NCBI GenBank assembly: GCA_963755915.1
Contig: CAVWLP010000003.1
Coordinates: 96,001-160,000 of the forward strand
DNA from: an uncultured Phycisphaerales bacterium
Lineage (GTDB): Bacteria; Planctomycetota; Phycisphaerae; Tepidisphaerales; Tepidisphaeraceae
Direction of reading: 5' to 3'
DNA: 64,000 nucleotides
The position numbers were made by a program, and so were the translations under genes. Shown here piece after piece: positions 35,075 to 45,650 of the stretch (positions are counted from its first letter, which is position 1; every line of letters starts with the position of its first letter). Below the pieces are notes generated by a model that saw nothing but the letters and a program-made list of their open reading frames with translations, was not told the origin of the DNA and did no database searches.

Positions 35075-35821
35075 CTAATACTGATCCCGGCGGGCGGAAA
35101 TGGCCGCCGCGACGCGCCCAAACGTGTCGGCGCCGGAAGTGTATCTGCGAAATTTCATGTGACCGATAAAGATCGCGACGCCCATGAGAATGCCAATCCC
35201 CAGAAACAGCCATTTGCCCAGCTCTTGATTGCCCGCCGTGTGGTTGGCCGGAATGAAGTACCCGTCAGGAAAACTGTAGCCCATCGCGGCGTCACCCGGT
35301 TTGGCGACGGCGTAAATGGCGGCGGGTACGTCTTGAACGATTTCATCGCCGGTTGTCCGATAGCAATGCAAATCGGCTGTCGGCGAAGAGACGTCGAACC
35401 GGGCGACCATAAAGGTCTGCGGCAATACCTTATTCTTGGCGATCTGTTTTCGCTTGGCCGCCAGGGCGCGGTTGTCCGCACGCGAGCGCATCGGCGGAGG
35501 ATCTCCCGGAATGAGATAGCCGCTGGGGAATTGATAGGCGGTCACCTCGTCACCGGGCCGGATAGCGGAGAGGAAACTTTCGGCGATGGTGATCGTGACC
35601 GCTGGCCCACTGATCGTCCGATAGACCACGTTGTGAAAGTGGCCGATCGTGTATTTCCGCACGACGAGCAGCGTCTGGCCCGCCACCTGCCCGGTTTGAA
35701 TTTGCCCCATCTTCTCCCGATAAAGACTCTGAGACGCGCTGGCTTTAACGAAGACGAAAACACCCGCTGCCACAAACACGCTTGCCATGGCGAGGCCGGA
35801 GATGAAACGGATGATCGACAT
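35075..35821 (-). CDS. Hypothetical membrane protein with an internal duplicated domain
   Basis: Terminal TM helices; PGDEVTAYQFPSGYLIP and PGDAAMGYSFPDGYFIP. Confidence 0.7.
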   Translation of the reverse strand: MSIIRFISGLAMASVFVAAGVFVFVKASASQSLYREKMGQIQTGQVAGQTLLVVRKYTIGHFHNVVYRTISGPAVTITIAESFLSAIRPGDEVTAYQFPSGYLIPGDPPPMRSRADNRALAAKRKQIAKNKVLPQTFMVARFDVSSPTADLHCYRTTGDEIVQDVPAAIYAVAKPGDAAMGYSFPDGYFIPANHTAGNQELGKWLFLGIGILMGVAIFIGHMKFRRYTSGADTFGRVAAAISARRDQY

Positions 35822-35938
35822 ACGGTTGGAATGAAAATATACCCGAACAGATATAGGCAGCGGCGATTACAAAACGTGGGCGGTTTTTGAAACCCCGTGC
35901 CCCAGAGGTTGAGCTTTGGCTCACCGAGAGTACCACGG

Positions 35939-37830
35939 CTACCGGACCGCCGGCGCCGCCGCCTGCGCTTGCTCCGCTCGCGCAAACCCTCCAGCGGAAG
36001 GATTTCCAAATCCCGAATGGCAGGCCAGCACAGGTACTCGGCGTCCGTAACCGTGATGCGCAGATATCGCGCTCCGCGAGCCACAAAATTGTGCAGCGGC
36101 ATGCGCACCGCGGCCGTGCTCTTCGTCATGTCAACCGCCATCGTCCAATGCTCGTCATCCGCGGAAGTCTCGATTTTGTACTGATGATAAAAGCCGGCGG
36201 CGTCCCACAGAATTCGGCACGCTCCGATATCAACCGGTTTTCCCATGTCGACCTTGATCGAATGTCCCGGTGTCGCGTCGTCGATGCTCCACGCCGTGGA
36301 GATATCTCCATCCACCGCCTTGGTGCAGTCGGTATTCGGCTGCCAGCTATCGGCCGAGGCTGGTTTTCCGCGGGCGATATCGACACCGTTGCTGAAGACC
36401 CTGCATTCGGCAAAACCGGGCCAGTCGTAGCCGCTGGGCGTGGCGAGAATGGTCACCCGGACGTAGCGCACGCCGTCGGTGGAGAAAAAGTCATCCGCCG
36501 CCGGAAGCGGTGCATTCCTACCGGAGGCTCCACGTTTGCCCACGGCATTGACCTTTCGCGTCCAGTGCTGACCGTCCGGCGAGACGTCGATGGCGTAATG
36601 ATAAGCCCCGTTTCGCCGATGCCAGATGATCTGCGTGCCGGAGATATGGGTGGGCGCGCCCAGATCGACTTGCCACCAATGCCCCGGGAGATTGTCGCGG
36701 GCGCACCACCAGGTCGTAAGGTCGCCGTCGTTGGCGTTGGACGGCTCGCAGCCAGCGAGATGCGAAAAGTTCGTCTCGTCCATCTCGCCGTTAAAGTTAT
36801 AGTCCGAGCTCACCACCGCGCCGCGGGCAAGGTCGCCCGGCAACCGCGCGAATTCCGCGGGATAAGTGGCTTGCCCGCTCGCTGCATCAATCGACCAACT
36901 GTCCGCCCAACGCATCGGTTTGATCGCCCCGTCGGCCGTGAATTGCAGCGGCAACCAGACGTGGCGCATCGGTTCCACCTGCCATCGATCCCCGCAATAA
37001 ATGTAGGACGTGGTCGCCGTCCCCTGCACCGTCAGGATAAACGCCGCTTGTGAGTCGAACGTCGTGCAGGTGTCCTGACCGCACAGCGGCTTCATTTCCG
37101 ACCACGGCCCGCTCATCGACGTTGCCGTCGAATAGTAGTTGAGGTTCGGGTAAGTCCCCGTACAAAAAGACGTCACCAGATAATAAATCCCCTTCCGTTT
37201 GAAGACGCAGGGCGCTTCCCGATAGCGCCCTCGAAACAGGACGCCGATCTGCGATTTCACTTTGAGATAATCGTCGCTGAGCAGGTAGACCATCATGTCC
37301 GCATTCTCATTGGAGCTGGAGATGAAATAGGCACGGCCGTCGTCGTCCTTGAACAGGGTGGAATCCCGGGACATGTTTCCGTTGGGCCGAAAGCTGCCGT
37401 GCCAGGTGTAGTTTCCATCGACGGTATCGCAGGAAGCGACCGCGCATTGGGCATCCGCGTAGCCCATTAGACTTTCGCGGTGGACCCAGAGCACGAACTG
37501 ATGGGTTTTGTCGTTGTACACGACCTTGGGGCGCTCCAGGTGCGACCGCGCCACCGCCGGATCCGTCCCCGGCGTTATAACATACTTGTCAAACTTCCAG
37601 TGCAGCAAATCTTTCGACGTGTAGCAGGAGATCTTTTGCACTCGGAATCCCAGGCGCGATTCGCCGAACCAGTAGAACGTGTCGCCCACTTTGAGAATGT
37701 CGCCGCAATGGGCGTCGATGTGCTTCCCGTCGGCCGCCGGCCAGATCTGCGCCGGCGTAATCGTCACGGGCTCGGCGTTTGCCCGAGTTCCCAGCACTAC
37801 AACCGCCAAAGCGATGAATAATAATTTCAT
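35939..37830 (-). CDS. GH43 hydrolase with two F5/8-C (CBM32) domains; frameshift near the C-terminus
   Basis: IDAHCG, YWFGE, LERPKV, SRDSTLFKDDDG, REAP, DSQ; WWQVDLG. Confidence 0.9.
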
Positions 37831-37975
37831 GGATGTGCACGGTTTAGCCATTTTACGCGGCGGTTAAAGTTCACGCGTTATGACTGCTCATGGATTACGA
37901 GCTATCCATGCTTCTCGAGGGTTTGGTACGGAACAGAATCATATCCTAACTGCTAAATCTCCGTCATACCAAACA

Positions 37976-38017
37976 TTCCCGGCGGGGCTCGAACCCGCAA
38001 CCTTCGGTTCCGGAGGC
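37976..38017 (-). repeat. att copy 3: 3' half of tRNA-Arg(CCG)
   Basis: Near-identical to 57317-57358. Confidence 0.9.
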
Positions 38018-38084
38018 GAAGACCGGTAAAACCGGGTAAACCTGCACTTTCGACACGAATCCAATGCGATTATATAATCCCGGC

Positions 38085-38351
38085 ATGGGAAAGGTCCTCG
38101 AAAAAGAACGAGCACGCGCTTTATCGAAACGGCGGCTCAATCATCTCGAAAATGAGCGGCGCAAGCTGACGGCACGGATGCAAAAACTCGATGCTCAACT
38201 GGCTAAGCTTGGAAAGTCGCGCCAGTCTGGCCGGCTCCCAACACCGCGGGATCTAGAGCATTGGTTCGATGAATTGGGCCAGGGCATGCCGCCAGTTTCT
38301 CCCCTCCCAGCCGGTTTTTCGCGGGCTGATATCTACGATGATCACGATTGA
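38085..38351 (+). CDS. Putative antitoxin
   Basis: Ends FSRADIYDDHD; TGATG overlap with PIN gene; TATAAT just upstream of the ATG. Confidence 0.75.
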   Translation: MGKVLEKERARALSKRRLNHLENERRKLTARMQKLDAQLAKLGKSRQSGRLPTPRDLEHWFDELGQGMPPVSPLPAGFSRADIYDDHD

Positions 38352-38813
38352 TGCGATACTTGCTCGACACCGGCATCCTCATCCGAATTCCGCATCGCTC
38401 CGATCCCTTGAACACGGATATTCGCAATGCGATCCGCCGGCTCGCACTCGACGGAAATACATTTGTCACCACCAGGCAAAAACGTCGCTGAATATTGGAA
38501 TGTTTGCACTCGCCCGGCATCTTCTCGCGGTGGCTATGGGCTAACCACGGACGACACCGCCCGACGCTTGCGAATTCTGGAACGATTCGTCACAGTCCTT
38601 GATGAGCCGAAATCAGCGTACGCGCATTGGAAAGCCCTTGTCCAGAAGCACAAAGTTCTCGGGCGACAAGTCCACGACTGCCGAATTGTTGCAGTCATGA
38701 TTGCCTGCCGAACCAATCACATCCTGACACTAAATGACGCCGACTTCGCAAGGTATTCGCCGCAAGTTATAGCGGTCCCGCCCACCGCGGTTTTATCGGC
38801 GAAACATTCGTAG
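38351..38813 (+). CDS. vapC: PIN-domain VapC toxin; frameshift near 38478
   Basis: YLLDTGIL, NVAEYWNVCTRP, QVHDCRIVA, ILTLNDADF. Confidence 0.88.
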
Positions 38814-38850
38814 CAGGCGGCCGCGAGGCAGGAAAAGCCGTGACGCCCAT

Positions 38851-40296
38851 TCACGGCGACACATACGCTTCCGTCTGTGCCACTTTGATTCGCTGGCCCG
38901 GATGCAGCGATGCATTCTCGTCGACCCCGTTCATAACGGCAGTCATCTTCAAATCCCACTGATTGTCCATTCGTCGCGACACGTCTGCGAGGGTTTCGCC
39001 GGGCAGGGCTTCTGCAATTCGCAATCGCGTCACCTTGATCGAGGCTCGCTCCGCGGGCGTGAGATCGTGAAAGCTGTTGACGACGCCGCGGACGGCCGTG
39101 AGATTGCTCGACGTGGCGATGGCGAGAAGTCGATATGTCACGCCGCCATGCTCCAGCCACGTGATCTCCGCGTAGTCGACGGTTCCGCCATCCTCCTCTG
39201 TCAGCGTGACGCGCCGGGCGGGAAGATCGCCGATCGTTACTGATTCCACCGCGGGCGCCGTCACGTTATCGCGAGCCAACTCGGCGACGAACTGCTGGGC
39301 CGCCTGGTCGGGGCTGCTGACGCCAGATGGACGGTCGAGCAACACCGCCGCATCCTGATTCGGCGAGACGGTGACGACTTCGACCGGCATGTTTACGTCC
39401 GACCACCGGGGCGGGGCGCTGAATGCGACGCCCAGTGTCGGGTCCATAAAAACGTCGCCGATAAAGATGCCCGCCGCCGGGTCGTCGCCAAGCACAAGCC
39501 CATCGAGCATCTCCACGTATGCGTCGCGATCGTGCGGCAAAGGCGGCGGTATGATCGTCGCCACAAGCTCATCGGCGCACCATCGGGTGGCGGCCACCCG
39601 CTCCGGCGTCTGAGGATGCGTCTGGAATATGCTCGGAATGCGCTGGTCCCGCGGGTTGCTGATAAGCAATTCGTATTGACCGAGCCGTTCGAGAAGCCAC
39701 GACATCGCATGCGGATCGAATCCGGCCCGGGCCGCCAGCTCCTGCCCGATCCGATCGGCCATGCGCTCCTGATCGCGGCTATATCCTGCCAGAAACAGCC
39801 CGCCCACACCCTGCGCCGGCGCGGCCAGAATATCCCCCGCCAATGGCGAGATCGTCCCAACCAACGCCCCCGGAAGCGCGAAAATCCCCGGCACCTCCGC
39901 CGCTTCCAGCCGCTGCGCCGCGTGCCGCTTGATCACGTGGGTCGTTTCGTGGCCGAGCACGCACGCCAGCTCATCCGGCGACTCCGTCAACGCCAGCAAC
40001 CCGCGCGTCACATAAACGTAACCACCGGGAAGCGAAAAAGCGTTCGGCACCGGCTGGTCGATAATGTGAAACTCAAAATCATACTGCCGATCGGGCACCT
40101 GATTGACGACCTGCTGGCCGATGTCGTTCACGTAGGCGGTAAGTTTCGAATCGTTATAGAGCCCATCCTCTAATTCCAGTTCCTTCGATGCCTCCGCGCC
40201 GACCTTCCGGTCCCACTCGGGCGAATGCGCGCAGCCACAGGTGACGGCCGCGAGCAATGCACAAAAGAACCCCAACCTCAGCAAGGATCGATTCAT
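38851..40296 (-). CDS. M48 metallopeptidase lipoprotein with LysM-like tail
   Basis: PNAFSLPGG, LGHETTH, YSRDQERMAD, THP..PER, GETLADV. Confidence 0.92.
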   Translation of the reverse strand: MNRSLLRLGFFCALLAAVTCGCAHSPEWDRKVGAEASKELELEDGLYNDSKLTAYVNDIGQQVVNQVPDRQYDFEFHIIDQPVPNAFSLPGGYVYVTRGLLALTESPDELACVLGHETTHVIKRHAAQRLEAAEVPGIFALPGALVGTISPLAGDILAAPAQGVGGLFLAGYSRDQERMADRIGQELAARAGFDPHAMSWLLERLGQYELLISNPRDQRIPSIFQTHPQTPERVAATRWCADELVATIIPPPLPHDRDAYVEMLDGLVLGDDPAAGIFIGDVFMDPTLGVAFSAPPRWSDVNMPVEVVTVSPNQDAAVLLDRPSGVSSPDQAAQQFVAELARDNVTAPAVESVTIGDLPARRVTLTEEDGGTVDYAEITWLEHGGVTYRLLAIATSSNLTAVRGVVNSFHDLTPAERASIKVTRLRIAEALPGETLADVSRRMDNQWDLKMTAVMNGVDENASLHPGQRIKVAQTEAYVSP

Positions 40297-40498
40297 AGTT
40301 TTCACCCGATGGTGAATTTCAATCGACACATCTCTAGCCCGCGATTCGCCAAAAGTTTAAACGAGAATGGCATCGCGGTCACTACTCATGCTTGACCGCG
40401 GCGACTGCCCGTTTGCACAGGCGGAGAATGCTTTGTTAGCTGCGGAATGCCGCACGAAGGGTTCGTTCGTGCTGTGCTAAGACCTTGTCGTACCCAAT

Positions 40499-40540
40499 GT
40501 TCCCGGCGGGGCTCGAACCCGCAACTTCGGCTCCGGAGGC
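40499..40540 (-). repeat. att copy 2: 3' half of tRNA-Arg(CCG)
   Basis: Matches tRNA 3' half with one substitution and a 1-nt deletion. Confidence 0.9.
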
Positions 40541-40776
40541 GAACGGAGAACATTGCGAGACGTTATTGGAAACGTCGTGAGACGCTCGATTTAGAGGCGA
40601 ACCAGCAAACCAAACATCTGCTTTGACTGTCCCAATTTTAGATGGTTTGCGTTTGTTTTGCCAAACTTAACTGCCGTCCTCTGCCCACGATCTTCCAGAA
40701 TGATCTGCGATTCGAAAAGTGGCCGGCTGCCAACTCAATCGTACTGATATCGGAGGAAAGCGATGGCACATGGTCT

Positions 40777-41862
40777 TTACCCGCCAGGCGGAGGGGCGGT
40801 CGTTTGCCCGAGATCCAGGGTCGGCTCGACTTCAATATGCGGCACAGCACCGGGCCCTGCCGCATTTGCTGTCCGACGTGCTCTGTCGCGTGCAGCGGAA
40901 TCCCACAGCAAGGTCGCTGCCACACTGCCGATTTTCTCTGGATGCTGATTGATCCGGGTGAACTTCGGCCACAGGGCGAAATCAAAGTGAAATTGTCCAA
41001 ATCCCACGATTGAAAGATCATTGGGGATTTGAATTCGCGCATTTTGAGCAACCTGCCAAACGCTTACCGCCAGCTGCTCGGTTGCCGCAACCACCGCCGT
41101 CACTTGCTGAAGATCATGATCCAGCCGAGCGAGCGAGGGACTGTCGCCTTTACCGATTTCCTTCAGGAACATCACCTCCAGTCCGCGCGCGGCCATTCCT
41201 TGCACGAAGGCCTCACGGCGTTCGACGACCCAGTTACCAGGGGTTGCGAAACCAAGGTAGCCCACTCGTTTATGCCCCAGCTGCATGAGATGATCGAGAG
41301 CCGCAGCCATTGCCTTGGGCTCGGGCGTTCGCACGTTGACAGCGTTTGCGGCATCGGGCAACTCGAAATCGAGCGTGACCACCGGCATCTGTTTGGAGCA
41401 GACGCTGGAGAGGTAGTGGATAGCGGCGCGATCAGCGAGCGGCCAGCAGACGATACCTTCAACGCGCAGTCCCATGAGGTTGCGAAGCAGCTCCAGTTCC
41501 GTAACGGTGCTGGCACCGTCGTAGTCGGGTTGCAAAACCAGGGGTAACAGGTCGTGCGCAAGCAGTTGCACTTGCAGACTGATCATAAGCCGTTGCCAGT
41601 GCTCTCCACTGGGAATCATGATCAGGCCAGCCATCCCAGTGCGGCCGGTTTGAATTCCGCGGACGAGGCGATTGGGAGCCCACCCCAATTCATTGGCGAC
41701 TCGAATAATCTTGTCGCGTGTAGCCTGGCTGTAGCGATCCGCCCGCCGTCCCCGGAGTACCTGCGATACCGTTGCCAGCGAGACGTTCCCTCGCTCGGCA
41801 ATATCCTTCATGCGTACGAGGGTCTTTCCACGCGGGTCTAAAGCAGGTTGCGATCGCGCCAT
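40777..41862 (-). CDS. LacI family regulator
   Basis: MKDIAERGNVSLATVSQVL, LGHKRVG, IPNDLSIVGF. Confidence 0.92.
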   Translation of the reverse strand: MARSQPALDPRGKTLVRMKDIAERGNVSLATVSQVLRGRRADRYSQATRDKIIRVANELGWAPNRLVRGIQTGRTGMAGLIMIPSGEHWQRLMISLQVQLLAHDLLPLVLQPDYDGASTVTELELLRNLMGLRVEGIVCWPLADRAAIHYLSSVCSKQMPVVTLDFELPDAANAVNVRTPEPKAMAAALDHLMQLGHKRVGYLGFATPGNWVVERREAFVQGMAARGLEVMFLKEIGKGDSPSLARLDHDLQQVTAVVAATEQLAVSVWQVAQNARIQIPNDLSIVGFGQFHFDFALWPKFTRINQHPEKIGSVAATLLWDSAARDRARRTANAAGPGAVPHIEVEPTLDLGQTTAPPPGG

Positions 41863-41949
41863 TGTCAAACCACCTCATTTATCACGAGCCGACCCCGTCG
41901 GATGGTCAGAATATATAGCTGGGCAATCGTAATTGCCAGCCTTTTTATT

Positions 41950-42011
41950 GCATTCTAAGTACTTAGAATGCCGGTTTTTCCTTGACACATCCCGAGCGAT
42001 CCGGTAACAAT
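41950..42011 (+). promoter_or_regulatory. Perfect 22-bp palindrome plus sigma70-like promoter
   Basis: GCATTCTAAGTACTTAGAATGC at 41950-41971; TTGACA at 41982, 17-bp spacer, then TAACAA. Confidence 0.6.
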
Positions 42012-42162
42012 ATACCGGTTGCTGTGCCGGAGCGCATCAACACCTCCGGCAGCGATCGGGCGGTGAGCTGAAAAACACCTCCGACGGCTTGTCTCCGCGA
42101 GCCGACATCGAAATGCGATTGATTAGCGGTTGGCGGAACCGCTTCAAGCAAAGGGAGATCCG

Positions 42163-43178
42163 ATGTCCAGAAAGCCCCTGCCGCGCGGCTTCACATTGGT
42201 TGAGTTGCTCGTTGTCATCGGTATTATCGCCTTGTTGATCTCCATGCTCCTACCCGCACTGAACCGGGCCAGGGAACAGTCCAGTCTGATTGAATGCGAA
42301 TCGAACCTGAAGCAAATCGGGCAGCTCTGCGCAATTTACGAAACCGAGAATCAGGAATATCTGCCATACAGCTATGGCCAGATTCAGTATAGCACCACCA
42401 GCCCGTACTCTTACGGTTGGTGGAACACAACAACCTGGACTTGGACTGACTCCCTGCAGCTCTTGACCAACAGCCGCACCCAGGACAAGGGCGGAACCTG
42501 GCAAGAAAATGCTTCTTCGTGGGATGGCCCCAACCTGCAAATGATGGCATACGACTTTTCCGGTGTCTTCCACGACACCGACAACAGCATGCCTAAGGAA
42601 GATAGATGCTGTGACTACACCGCTAACATGCGCACCTTTCCTAACGTCACCTACATCGACCTCTATTCGCAATCATCAACCGGCCCGGCTACTGGCTATT
42701 TTCCCCTACGAAAATCAGCTCAATCCAGCGCTCTTCCCAGGTCATGGGAATCTGGTGCGGGAGTCTGAACCTTTCCGATGGCGTTGGCGACCAGGGCGCG
42801 GACATTTGCGACGACCAGCTGGACGATTCGGCCGTCTACAGTTTCGGTTATTGCTCGTGCTACCCCCAATGGCCCATCCATGCCGCCTCTTGGTACAGTC
42901 CTGTTCTCTACACCCAACCCGTAGCGCTCGGCGTTAATGGCAGTTATTGGTCTGGCAACAGCAACGTGACGATGTCGGTTCTCAAATCCGAGAACGTCGA
43001 TTTTGTCAACCCCTCATTAACATACAACCCTTTTTGCAACATGCGGTTTCGCCATATGGGGAATACCACCTGTAATTTTCTGTTTCTGGATGGTCATGTT
43101 GAATCCCGCGCACTCGGTCAGGTTCGGGCAATGGATGTATCCATGAATCCTTCGAACCTGTTTGCCAAGACGCCATAG
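42163..43178 (+). CDS. DUF1559 prepilin-type protein; frameshift near 42713
   Basis: [34 protein letters not shown]. Confidence 0.9.
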
Positions 43179-43206
43179 ACCGTTTTCCATTCGGCGGAGA
43201 TCCATC

Positions 43207-43711
43207 GTGGGCGTGCGCGAAAAATTGAATTCCGACCGAGTGATCGGATTTGTTATTGCCGCCATCTTGTTGGCCGCGGCGACGCTGCAGGCGGCCTATT
43301 TTTTTGGGCGCCGCCCCCAAACACCAGAGCGCCACCGACGCCTTCTACACCGATGATGATGGCCGCACTTATTTTATCGACAGTATCTACAAGTTCCCTC
43401 CCTGGGACCATAACGGCAAAGACGCCGATATCGCGATGGTGTACTCCAGCTCGTCCGGAAATTTTGTCGCCTATCAGGTCCGATACACCGCCGCCGCCCG
43501 AAAGGAATTACTGGATCTTTACGCCAGGGCTGAGGCAGGCCAGTGTCCCCTGGCCGATGTCAATCGCTTGATGACCACCCAGAGAGTTGGTGTCGTCGGA
43601 AAAGAAGTGAAAATGCGTGGGGCGGACAAGTGGGTCCCGATGGCAAGTATGCCACGCCCCATCCCCGTAAAGGCTCCTGATGGCACTGATGTGATGATGC
43701 TGATGCCGTGA
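43207..43711 (+). CDS. Membrane-anchored hypothetical protein; frameshift near 43305
   Basis: N-terminal TM helix, FYTDDDGRTYF motif. Confidence 0.7.
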
Positions 43712-43868
43712 TCAGACAGGTCGGCATTATCCACAATCGACCGCAATCTTCGAGAAGAAGTCACGAAAGGCTGCCTATGTGGGATAATTTTTTCAAAAGA
43801 AATTCAATTCAGGACGCTCGTGCGTCCAATGGACGAGAACTGAAGTGCTGTCAGATAAGGAGCGAGTG

Positions 43869-45602
43869 ATGCGTAGAATTTCACGAACCGTGCCGGCGAT
43901 ACTGCCGGTGACCGCAGCCCTAGTCGTTGCCTTTGCGCCATTCACGGCGCGGGCATCATCGGTTTTGATCGAATCCTGGGAAAACACCCTGGATGGTTGG
44001 CAGGCCCCTTCACCAGACGGCAGCAACAGCAGCTATTCGCCGAGCTTCAGCACGACCAACGGCGTCACCGACGGAAACTATAGTCTGGCGATGACCGGGA
44101 CCGCGTCGCCGGATTACAGCATAATGCTGAATTCACCTTCTTCGATGACACTGACCAACACCCTCGCCGATGCAACGTCAGTAAGCCTTGATGTGTTCGC
44201 GCCGTCCGGCTCGTTTGGCGGAGCGTTGGGTATCGACATGGACATTGGCAATAGCGCCACAGGATTTGTATCCCTCGATAACTACGATTACCAGTCCCCA
44301 ACCATAGGAACTGAATCAACGATTACCGTTCCGATTTCCACTTCGCTTGCCTCGGAGTTGGCGGCGTCGGGAGATCCGACCGAGTTTTACATACAAGTAG
44401 GCGGAAGCGATACCCCCGGTAACGAGACAATCTATTTCGACAATCTACGTGCCATCAATAACTCCACCACTCCCCAGCAATGGACTCCCACCTCTTCGGG
44501 TAACTGGAACAGCGTGGCGAACTGGAGCGGCGGCACTATTCCCAATGCCGTGGACGCTGAAGCCGATTTCTATGGCGCCATCACCGCCAACAGCACCGTC
44601 TACACCGACCAGCCAATTACCGTCGGCACCATCAACTTCAACAACGCCAACAAATACGTCATCACCGGAAGCAGTACCCTGACCTTGCAGGCATCTACCG
44701 GTAACGCACAGGTGATCGTTCAGCAGGGAACGCAGGAGCTGAACCTTCCAATCACGTTGGCCAGTAACACGATTTTCAATGTCAGCCCCGGCGCAAATCT
44801 GATCATCGCCAACCCGCTGACCATCGATCCCGGCGACAGCGTCACAACCAGCGGCGGCGGGACCGTCACTTACCAATCCATCATCACCGTTGGCAGCGAG
44901 GCTTCCATCGCTTTCGGGAACTCCACATACGCCAACGCCCTTAACGTCGCCTCCAGCGGAACGGCAACGATCCAGGGAAGTGGAAACCTTGTCGAGGTCG
45001 ACAACCTCTCGGTCGGCGGGACCGTCGACATCACCAAGAACGAGCTGCTGGTGAATTACTCCGGCGGCGGCGATCCGATCAGCACCGTCTACGCGGAGCT
45101 CAAGAGCGGCTATAACAACGGCACGTGGAACGGTAGCGGTATCATTTCATCGTCCGCACAAACGCTGCATAATGGCCTGGGTTATGGCGTTGGGTGGGCC
45201 GATGGGTCGAACCATATTGTGGCCGGGCTTTCGTCGGGTTTCATTGAAGTGAAATATACGCTGCTGGGGGATGCGAACCTGGACGGGACGGTGAACGGGA
45301 GCGACTTCAGCATCCTGGCGGCGAATTTCGGGCTGGGGGTTACCAACTGGGACCAGGGGAATTTCCTGTTTTCCAGTTCGGTGAACGGGTCCGATTTTTC
45401 GGCGCTGGCGGCGAATTTCGGGCAGGGGTCGAATCTTTCGGCGGTGACGCCGGCGGACGTGGCGGCACTGGATGCGTTTGCGGTGGCGAATGGGTTGCCG
45501 TTACCGACGATTGACGCAGTGCCGGAGCCGGCATCGCTTCTGTCCCTCGTCTTCGTCGCAGGGCTGACCACTCATCGCCGCAAAAGGCGGCTGCGATCAT
45601 AA
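43869..45602 (+). CDS. PEP-CTERM surface protein with dockerin-like repeat
   Basis: Signal peptide, GDANLDGTVNGSDF, VPEPAS-TM-RRKRR. Confidence 0.92.
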   Translation: MRRISRTVPAILPVTAALVVAFAPFTARASSVLIESWENTLDGWQAPSPDGSNSSYSPSFSTTNGVTDGNYSLAMTGTASPDYSIMLNSPSSMTLTNTLADATSVSLDVFAPSGSFGGALGIDMDIGNSATGFVSLDNYDYQSPTIGTESTITVPISTSLASELAASGDPTEFYIQVGGSDTPGNETIYFDNLRAINNSTTPQQWTPTSSGNWNSVANWSGGTIPNAVDAEADFYGAITANSTVYTDQPITVGTINFNNANKYVITGSSTLTLQASTGNAQVIVQQGTQELNLPITLASNTIFNVSPGANLIIANPLTIDPGDSVTTSGGGTVTYQSIITVGSEASIAFGNSTYANALNVASSGTATIQGSGNLVEVDNLSVGGTVDITKNELLVNYSGGGDPISTVYAELKSGYNNGTWNGSGIISSSAQTLHNGLGYGVGWADGSNHIVAGLSSGFIEVKYTLLGDANLDGTVNGSDFSILAANFGLGVTNWDQGNFLFSSSVNGSDFSALAANFGQGSNLSAVTPADVAALDAFAVANGLPLPTIDAVPEPASLLSLVFVAGLTTHRRKRRLRS

Positions 45603-45650
45603 GCCAATCTCGCCGATCGTATTTTGAGAAACTCCCTGAATGGATTTGCC

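Larger units (their letters stand above)
38018..40498. mobile_element. Island 3, integrase-less: toxin-antitoxin pair and M48 peptidase
   Basis: Bounded by att copies 3 and 2. Confidence 0.75.
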
